IMG/VR virus record: IMGVR_UViG_3300027973_000046
Span: 58,929-78,928 of that record
Length of the DNA stretch: 20,000 nucleotides
Source: an uncultured virus (IMG/VR IMGVR_UViG_3300027973_000046)
Lineage: Duplodnaviria > Heunggongvirae > Uroviricota > Caudoviricetes
Strand: one strand, 5' to 3'
Shown here: piece by piece, positions 13,714-20,000 of the stretch
Position numbering within the stretch: position 1 is the stretch's first letter
How the letters are laid out: every line of letters begins with the position of its first letter
Notes under the pieces: model-generated
What the model was told of the DNA's origin: nothing
The model's input: only the letters and a program-made list of their open reading frames with translations
Database searches by the model: none
Translations under genes and position numbers: made by a program

Positions 13714-13725
13714 TCTTATTTAAAA

Positions 13726-13932
13726 TTATAATTGAGATGAAACCGCAGATATTTGTATTTCTTTTTCTTCTATTTGTTCTTGTAAGGATTCTAGCCTTTC
13801 ATTGTCTGGTTTAGACTTAGCAGATTCTGCTATTTTTTCAATTTCATAAGAGTACTTCTGATACTCTAAATTTCTTACTGCCGACTGCTTAATTGCTTCT
13901 TTTTCTGGATCAGAAAGGTATTCGTAAGACAT
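13726..13932 (-). CDS. Small acidic coiled-coil protein (possible fibre assembly chaperone)
   Basis: 68 aa, E/K/Q-rich helical sequence, AGAGGA RBS, located directly downstream of a putative receptor-binding gene. Confidence 0.65.
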   Translation of the reverse strand: MSYEYLSDPEKEAIKQSAVRNLEYQKYSYEIEKIAESAKSKPDNERLESLQEQIEEKEIQISAVSSQL

Positions 13933-13933
13933 T

Positions 13934-14134
13934 TTATCCTCTTAATTCTACTATCATCTGGGTGTAGGTGTCTACCTCAGATATAAATCTATCTAAGACA
14001 TCTTGCCTTAGCTCTTTTCCGTCAAATTCTTCTGGAAATGTCAGTATTCCATTTCTTAATTCATTTATTACAATTGATATGGAATCAATTTTAGCATTTA
14101 ATATTTCTATTTGTTCATCGTTAGTTAATGTCAT
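13934..14134 (-). CDS. Small acidic helical protein (possible fibre assembly chaperone)
   Basis: The start is probably ATG 14134 (ATGA overlap with the upstream stop). LTNDEQIEIL resembles LSDPEKEAIK of the next gene. Confidence 0.6.
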   Translation of the reverse strand: MTLTNDEQIEILNAKIDSISIVINELRNGILTFPEEFDGKELRQDVLDRFISEVDTYTQMIVELRG

Positions 14135-15915
14135 GCCCATGAGCTCCAAGCGGTAAATGCTGATGAGCTAGAGCCGTTTGCTCTAACTCTAAAACGAGAC
14201 CAAGCGTAAGAGTAGCTATTATAATTTTTTGATCGGCTATAAACTGTTCCTGTGTCTGAGGCTAGGACTGTGCCTCCGTTTGAACTTGCAAATTGTAGTT
14301 CATAATCCCATGAGCTTGGAGTTCCTCCAGAACCATCAGACCAAGATGCTTGCCAAGAAGATGGGCTTGATGCTGTTCCTGAACCTGAAACCCAGGCAAA
14401 AGTTAAGTTTGGCACACCTGGTCCCGCAACTGCTACCGCTGACCATCTTGCAACCATTGTAATATTCCGAGAAGGTGGATACCATGTTCCACCTGCTCCA
14501 ACATTATATGTGTAGTCTGCAGATGCTGTGTCGTACCATCCATTAAATGTATATCCAGGTCTTGATGGCTGACCTGCTGCGGTAGTTGGATTTCCTGCAG
14601 TCCATGTACTTTCTCCGCCACCAGTTCCACCATTGGCGCCATAAGTAGCCGTATAAGTTACTGCTACTGGTATTGGGGTAGAGACAACTGTATTTGATTG
14701 AATCCAATTAGACCATCCTCCAGCATTATATGCTCTAGCAAATGCAACAAATTGATCTGGTGTTCCACTAGCTTCTGAGGTTGTTATTTGATGAGAAACG
14801 CTTGTTCCAGAAACAGTTCCATTAGGTGTTCCGCTGCCGCCTTCTCCTGGAGGTGTTCCTGTTGCCTTATTAATTTTAATTTCATACGCTGTTGGACTTC
14901 CGCTCCATCCTGATGTTGTTGCGGTAATAGTTGTAAGTGCTTGTTGTGTGCCAGCAGGTGCAAGGATTATTGATCCTCCGCTTGGTACTGCTATTACTAC
15001 TGCAGTCAGTGTTCCAGATGCATATCCTGGATTTGCTGATTTGTTTGATGCAGTAGCACTTGTTTGCATTCCATATCCTTGTGCAGCAGCAGATCTTGGA
15101 TATACTGTAAAATAATTTGATTCGTTTCCGTCTGCAATTGCCCAAGTATAATTAGTTTGTGAAGATGGAACATTTACTGTTGTGCTTACGTTATTTCCAT
15201 ATTTAACAATATCGTAAGATGATGCTCCAGTTGCAGCAGACCAGTATATATAAACTTGTTTATTTGAATTTGTTGGGGTAACAGTAATTTGTATTGGTCC
15301 AGCTGAACCAGATCCGCTGAAGTTGCCAGAACTTACAGCGGAACTTGGAGAGATTGATCCATTATTAGTACTAATTGAATATGAAGTTGCATACGTAGAT
15401 GTTCCCCAAGATCCAGTAAAGTTTAAATCAGATGTAGATATAGAAACAGAAGGCTGGGTTGGGTATGGAGTTGAGTCATAAGCAATTACTGAAGTAACCA
15501 TTGGCAATATGTTAGTTCCAGAACTTCCACTTATTGTTGTGCTTCCTCTTCCATTTGTTGCTGTTATTGTAACGCCTATAGACTGATCAATATCTGCTGC
15601 TGTTGCTGTGTACGTTGCAGAAGTAGCTCCTGGAATATTTGTGCTTCCGCGTTTCCACTGATATGTATATGATGTTGGCGCATAGGCTGGGTCCATATTC
15701 CATGAGTGATTTGGTGTCCATGTTGAACCAGGGGATGGATAAGTGGTACCTGAATACGTAAATGTTGGGCCACCAGTTGAAACTGGTGAGTTTGGATATA
15801 CTATTTGCCAGCTTCCATTATAAACCCAGCTTTTAACAGCATTTACCCACGAAGAACCATTATGAATCTTTAATGATTTAGCTTCTTGCCAATATGTGCC
15901 ATCATGTATCTTCAT
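14131..15915 (-). CDS. Ig-like/FN3/InlB B-repeat adhesin, putative receptor-binding fibre tip
   Basis: N-terminal repeated (H/Y)(D/N)G.(x)W beta motifs, Ig-like PTSYTYQWKRGSTNIPGATSATYT...D, FN3-like WSAATGASSYDI and ARAYNAGGWS, and Listeria-Bacteroides repeat ANGG...PSRPGYTFNGWY...ITMVARW (about 14443-14660). Confidence 0.8.
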   Translation of the reverse strand: MKIHDGTYWQEAKSLKIHNGSSWVNAVKSWVYNGSWQIVYPNSPVSTGGPTFTYSGTTYPSPGSTWTPNHSWNMDPAYAPTSYTYQWKRGSTNIPGATSATYTATAADIDQSIGVTITATNGRGSTTISGSSGTNILPMVTSVIAYDSTPYPTQPSVSISTSDLNFTGSWGTSTYATSYSISTNNGSISPSSAVSSGNFSGSGSAGPIQITVTPTNSNKQVYIYWSAATGASSYDIVKYGNNVSTTVNVPSSQTNYTWAIADGNESNYFTVYPRSAAAQGYGMQTSATASNKSANPGYASGTLTAVVIAVPSGGSIILAPAGTQQALTTITATTSGWSGSPTAYEIKINKATGTPPGEGGSGTPNGTVSGTSVSHQITTSEASGTPDQFVAFARAYNAGGWSNWIQSNTVVSTPIPVAVTYTATYGANGGTGGGESTWTAGNPTTAAGQPSRPGYTFNGWYDTASADYTYNVGAGGTWYPPSRNITMVARWSAVAVAGPGVPNLTFAWVSGSGTASSPSSWQASWSDGSGGTPSSWDYELQFASSNGGTVLASDTGTVYSRSKNYNSYSYAWSRFRVRANGSSSSAFTAWSSWA

Positions 15916-15922
15916 TTATATC

Positions 15923-18274
15923 CTAGTATTGTACGTAAATATCTCCAGCAACCATTCCAGTAGTAGGGAGTGTGCCAGTATTATTATAGAATGTTTTTGC
16001 TCCAACAGGAATTGTTACTATTGATCCTAAAGAAACTAGCTGTCCATTAATTCCAACATAATTATTTGCAAGCATGACATTTGTAACTGTTGCCGTATCG
16101 GCCAAAGTAACTGCCGTTCCAGCAATTTTTGTTTTATCTATTGCGGCAGAAGAATTTATATCGCCATTAAGAATAGAACCATCTGCAATTTTTGCTGATG
16201 TTATAGAGTTATCCGCTATTGTTGTAGATAATCCAGTTACTGTAGCACCAGAAAAATCTACTATCCCAGTAAATACTGGGGAGGCCTTGGTTGCATAGCT
16301 TGTTAAGTTTAATGTTGCCCATGAAGCAGATGTTCCGTCTGTAGTTAAATATTTACCAGAATTGTTTAATTGAGCTGGTAGGGCTGTTATTCCAATTACA
16401 GTTGCTCCCGAGAAATCTACTGTTCCAGTAAATACTGGTGATATCTTTGTTGAATAGGTAGCTGCTGCAGTAGACGTTGAAATTTTTGTATCAAGGGCTG
16501 CTTGAGTTGCAGTAGATATAGGCTTTGATGCATCTGTAGTATTTTCTGCATTTCCCAATCCAACCATTGCTTTTGTAATTCCATTTACCGTTCCGCTAAA
16601 TGTTGGTGAAACAATTGGTGCATATGTTGATGCTGCAGTTGAAGAAGAAAGTTTAGTTCCAACTAATGTAGTTAAAGAAGATGCTGCTGTTTGATCAGAT
16701 GCAATGTAGTCTGAAATTTCTTTAAGTGTATCAAATGTTGCTGGCGCTCCATTTACAACATTTGTTATTGCAGCTGTAATGTCTGAAGTTCTAGCAATAT
16801 CTGAATTTAAGACAGTTGAGTCTATTTTTCCAGTTGCAATACTAATTTTTGGATAAAGTAAATTTGCATCAGCTTCTGTTAAATATGATTCAAGTGTGTT
16901 ATTTAAAGAAGTTGGTGTTGTAAAAGTAGAATTAACATATGTTTTTGTCGGAAAGGTGTTATTTGCATATGTTAAAAGATCTTCTTGAGCTTGATTTACA
17001 TTTACATAAACATCTGCAAATTTTTGATTTGTTGCAGAGATAACTCTTTCTGGTGTAAAATAAAGATTTGTTGTACCCTCTGCTACTGCGTCTGTTGTTC
17101 CAGTAAATGTTGATCCGCCAGAACCTGCTGCGCCTGTGTCGCCCCGTGGAATTGTAAAATTAAATATTGCTGCTTGGGATGTTCCAGAATTTGTTATAGC
17201 TACAGATGAACCTGCTAAACCAGTGGTAACAGAACCAACTGTTATTGTTGCTGCTGTTCCAGCGACTCCAGGTGTTCCATCTGCGCCAGCTGAACCAGTG
17301 TCACCTTTTAATCCCTGTGGACCTTGTGGACCTGCTGCACCAGCGGCACCCGCAGGACCAACATCGCCTCTAGGACCCTGTAAGCCTGTAGCTCCGATAC
17401 CAATTGGACCAGATTCTCCTGTGTCACCTTTTAATCCCTGTGGACCTGCTGCACCAGCGGCACCCGCAGGACCCGCAGGACCCGCAGGACCTGTGGCACC
17501 TGTGTCACCTTTTAATCCCTGTGGACCTGCTGCACCAGCGGCACCCGCAGGACCCGCAGGACCTGTGGCACCTGTAGCGCCAGGAGTTCCTGTACCAGCA
17601 GTAATTCCAGAAACTGCTGCATTGATTGCAGTATTTCTATTTGTAATTTCAGTTGATATGGCAGTATTTATTGCTGTGTTTCTACTAGAAACTTCTGTCG
17701 CAATTTTAGTATCTGTATAAGAATTGGCTGTGACTACTGCTGCTGCTGTAGCAATTGTATCTTTTGTATCTGATGCCGCTGCCGCTGCAATGATAGCCTC
17801 TGATTTAGCTGCTGCTGCTTTGTTAGTTGCATCATTTGATGCTGTGCTAATTGCTTCTGTTTTTGCAGCAGCGATTGCTGTATTTCTATTTGAAGTCTCT
17901 GCTGCAATTGCGCTAACTATAGAAGCAGAAACTGCATCGATTGCTCTTTGATTTGTAAAATATTTATTTGTAGATCCTTCTGTTATAGAGTTAGAAGTTA
18001 ATTGAGCGATTGCAGCATTTAAATCAACTCCTGCTGAAATAGAATCTGGTAGTTGGGAAGTAGGTATTTTACCAGCTGAGTTAAGTGTAGCGATTCCGTT
18101 TGCTTCTCCAACTTTTAATGCATAGGAAGTTGTGGCATTCCATCTTGAGCCGTTGCCAACTTTAAATTTAAGAGTATCTGTTTCAATACCAAGTTCACCT
18201 GGCAATAGTATGGGATTGTTTAAAACCCAATTTGCTGCTGTATCTCTTCTAAGCTGTATTCTTAATGATGCCAT
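15923..18274 (-). CDS. Collagen-like tail fibre protein with Mtd_N-like N-terminus
   Basis: [38 protein letters not shown], a Gly-X-Y tract, [45 protein letters not shown]-terminal GDIYVQY. The start is probably ATG 18274, after GGAGGT. Confidence 0.87.
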   Translation of the reverse strand: MASLRIQLRRDTAANWVLNNPILLPGELGIETDTLKFKVGNGSRWNATTSYALKVGEANGIATLNSAGKIPTSQLPDSISAGVDLNAAIAQLTSNSITEGSTNKYFTNQRAIDAVSASIVSAIAAETSNRNTAIAAAKTEAISTASNDATNKAAAAKSEAIIAAAAASDTKDTIATAAAVVTANSYTDTKIATEVSSRNTAINTAISTEITNRNTAINAAVSGITAGTGTPGATGATGPAGPAGAAGAAGPQGLKGDTGATGPAGPAGPAGAAGAAGPQGLKGDTGESGPIGIGATGLQGPRGDVGPAGAAGAAGPQGPQGLKGDTGSAGADGTPGVAGTAATITVGSVTTGLAGSSVAITNSGTSQAAIFNFTIPRGDTGAAGSGGSTFTGTTDAVAEGTTNLYFTPERVISATNQKFADVYVNVNQAQEDLLTYANNTFPTKTYVNSTFTTPTSLNNTLESYLTEADANLLYPKISIATGKIDSTVLNSDIARTSDITAAITNVVNGAPATFDTLKEISDYIASDQTAASSLTTLVGTKLSSSTAASTYAPIVSPTFSGTVNGITKAMVGLGNAENTTDASKPISTATQAALDTKISTSTAAATYSTKISPVFTGTVDFSGATVIGITALPAQLNNSGKYLTTDGTSASWATLNLTSYATKASPVFTGIVDFSGATVTGLSTTIADNSITSAKIADGSILNGDINSSAAIDKTKIAGTAVTLADTATVTNVMLANNYVGINGQLVSLGSIVTIPVGAKTFYNNTGTLPTTGMVAGDIYVQY
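17258..17590 (-). repeat. Collagen-like Gly-X-Y tract (36 triplets, one GI interruption)
   Basis: Read directly from the translation. [13 protein letters not shown](GPQ)GLKGDT unit occurs three times with near-identical DNA. Confidence 0.95.
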
Positions 18275-18275
18275 T

Positions 18276-18734
18276 TTATGAACCTCCTGCATCAACAATT
18301 ATACCATCGTTGTCTGCAGAACTTCCTCCTTCTAGGATTTCGTCTTGTACTTCTATAACACTGCCTTCTGGGTTTCCGCCATCAAGCAACGTTTGGTTTT
18401 CAAATGTTCCGCCTTGGTTTGATGTTGAAGGATATTGTCCATCGTATCCAATTACAAGCGGTAATACTAGATTGGGAGAATCTGAAGTATTTGTTTCCTT
18501 AAATGTAATCTTATTTTGAACATCAATTGTATGAACATTTCCATCAAATGAATGTGTATGCATATAAAATGGTGTTGGGTCTGTGCTCGGCGGGGTAAGC
18601 TCTACCCAAACCATACCATTGTATATTCTTAAATTCTTACTTACTACATTAAAGTATATATCTCCAACAGTGGCTATGTCGGGGTTCTCCATAGAAGTAA
18701 GAAGATTAAGTGCAACCTTCATTTGTCTGGACAT
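18276..18734 (-). CDS. Virion structural protein (acidic DGG-motif C-terminus)
   Basis: P...VGDIYFN...LRIYNG..W motif similar to the N-terminus of 18739-19938. The tail has repeated LDGG/LEGG/DAGG. Confidence 0.65.
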   Translation of the reverse strand: MSRQMKVALNLLTSMENPDIATVGDIYFNVVSKNLRIYNGMVWVELTPPSTDPTPFYMHTHSFDGNVHTIDVQNKITFKETNTSDSPNLVLPLVIGYDGQYPSTSNQGGTFENQTLLDGGNPEGSVIEVQDEILEGGSSADNDGIIVDAGGS

Positions 18735-18738
18735 TTTA

Positions 18739-19938
18739 TTATCCTACAACTACTACTTTATATTCTCCAGCTGACGGGGCTATTGCAAAGTCTACTGTTA
18801 CTGTATTCGAGCTAGTTCTTTTTACATCAGCTTCAACTTGTGCAAACGGTGATGCTGCTTCAAATATTTGAACAGTTACATCAGTTGTTCCTAAATTGTG
18901 TGTTATTGTATAAGATGTGGCAGACGCACCAAGTGTTTCTGCATATTTTCTAGCAATTGCATGATAGGCTGTTCCATTATTTGTTAATGCCCAGTTGTCT
19001 GATGTTTCATTCCATAGGATTTCTACATCTGTCTCTAGTCCACGCTCTACTGTTATTCCAGCATCTGTTGTTGGGGTGCCAGCAAAATTGCTATTTAGCT
19101 TTACCTTATTATCTTCAATATTAATCTGTGTTGTATTTACAGAGTTAACAGTTCCAATAACATTGAGGTTTCCACCAACCTGTAAGTTTCCAGTAATTTC
19201 TACATTGTCTGGCAAGCCTACGGTTACCGCTGCGTTGTGTCCGCTATTTGGAGAAACAGTAATTTCATTTGCTGTTCCTACAATAGTTGCTACATAGTCG
19301 CCTGTTGTTTGTGAATCTAAATTAATATCTTTTACAGATACTACGCCTGCGTTTACATTAAAGTCTGCTGCATCAAAAGAAGCGACACCTTTGTTTGTTG
19401 TGCTTGCGTCTTCACCAGAAATTGTAATTGCATTATTTGTTACAGCAACATCAATTCCTTCTCCACCATTTACAGTTAATCCTTCTGTAAGTAATGAAAT
19501 AGATGTATTTCCAGTGTCTCCAGTTATTGCAAGCTCTGTTGCTACATCAACCTGACCAGCTGCAGTTAATCTACCTTGCTGATCTACTGTGAATGTTGGT
19601 ATCTTTGTTTGTGATCCGTATGAACCAGTTGTTACTGCTGTATTGTCTAAATCTATTGTTGTGATTCCTGTAGAATCAACGTATGTTCTTGTTAAGCCAA
19701 CTCCGCCTTCAATTGAAGCGCCGATTACATCTTGAATTACTTCTTGAGAACCACTCATTGATTGCCATGGACCGTTTGGTGATGCTAATCCATTGTAGTA
19801 GTACATAACATTGTCGCCACTGTTATAGTAAATTTGACCAATTACTGGGTTTGATGGAGCTGAGCCTAAATTCTGAATTCTAGCATTTAAGAGCTCATTT
19901 TTATTGAGATCAATGCTAACTAAAAACTTTTTTGCCAT
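18739..19938 (-). CDS. Virion structural/short fibre protein
   Basis: MAKKFLVSIDLNKNEL...GQIYYN, GSYGSQTKIPTFTVDQQGRLTAA, ASTTNKGVASF, a GNLNV.GTV module, and a C-terminal ITHNLGTTDV domain. AGGGAG RBS. Confidence 0.78.
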   Translation of the reverse strand: MAKKFLVSIDLNKNELLNARIQNLGSAPSNPVIGQIYYNSGDNVMYYYNGLASPNGPWQSMSGSQEVIQDVIGASIEGGVGLTRTYVDSTGITTIDLDNTAVTTGSYGSQTKIPTFTVDQQGRLTAAGQVDVATELAITGDTGNTSISLLTEGLTVNGGEGIDVAVTNNAITISGEDASTTNKGVASFDAADFNVNAGVVSVKDINLDSQTTGDYVATIVGTANEITVSPNSGHNAAVTVGLPDNVEITGNLQVGGNLNVIGTVNSVNTTQINIEDNKVKLNSNFAGTPTTDAGITVERGLETDVEILWNETSDNWALTNNGTAYHAIARKYAETLGASATSYTITHNLGTTDVTVQIFEAASPFAQVEADVKRTSSNTVTVDFAIAPSAGEYKVVVVG

Positions 19939-19950
19939 TTTCTTTCTCCC

Positions 19951-20000
19951 TTATGACAGATATGCTGTCCCTGAAAACGGTTGTGCCATAGTCAGTGTTA
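19951..20000 (-). CDS. 3' end of an upstream gene (...TLTMAQPFSGTAYLS*)
   Basis: Open frame ending in TAA at 19953-19951, just before the RBS of the next gene. Confidence 0.5.
   Translation of the reverse strand, partial: TLTMAQPFSGTAYLS

Noticed and set aside
2802..15773. Short nested minus-strand ORFs (2802-3035, 12554-12754, 14433-14642, 14882-15145, 15576-15773)
   Set aside because: They are out-of-frame ORFs inside longer genes with strong domain evidence and have no independent support.
7490..18274. Diversity-generating retroelement suggested by Mtd_N domains
   Set aside because: No reverse transcriptase, no adenine-specific TR/VR pair and no C-type lectin tip are visible. Mtd_N is only an anchoring domain.
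485..19297. All + strand ORFs in the track (e.g. 7212-7715, 8958-9419, 11662-12162, 12202-12834, 17136-17720)
   Set aside because: They are antisense shadows of Ala/Thr/Gly-rich or repetitive minus-strand genes, with no recognisable motifs, and they lie on top of well-supported CDSs.
1..20000. Stop-codon reassignment or programmed frameshift
   Set aside because: Genes tile the minus strand in standard code 11 with normal TAA/TGA/TAG stops and start-stop overlaps. There are no broken domains that would need recoding.

Overview
This window is a 20-kb piece of a large tailed dsDNA phage genome (Caudoviricetes-like, AT-rich). An actinobacterial host is a weak inference from a leaderless-type promoter. 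All credible genes are on the minus strand, tightly packed, and read in standard code 11. In transcription order there are two modules. (1) From 20000 to 7490 is a tail-fibre/virion-appendage module: two Mtd_N-headed fibres, a collagen-like segment, 10-aa and 26-aa repeats, an Ig/FN3/InlB-B-repeat protein and small coiled-coil proteins. (2) From 7465 to 1 is a putative phage-encoded post-translational modification system. Its first gene encodes 2 FN3 domains, 20 tandem FF(S/A)PPx hexapeptides and a C-terminal Hint (intein-like) domain. It is followed by a closely packed run of a sulfotransferase, an Asp/Asn beta-hydroxylase-like enzyme, four complete prolyl-hydroxylase-like 2OG-Fe(II) oxygenases plus a probable fifth truncated by the window edge, and two DUF6065-like paralogues. 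This substrate-plus-tailoring-enzyme arrangement is the main candidate novel system. Family assignments come from motif recognition by eye, not from database searches.
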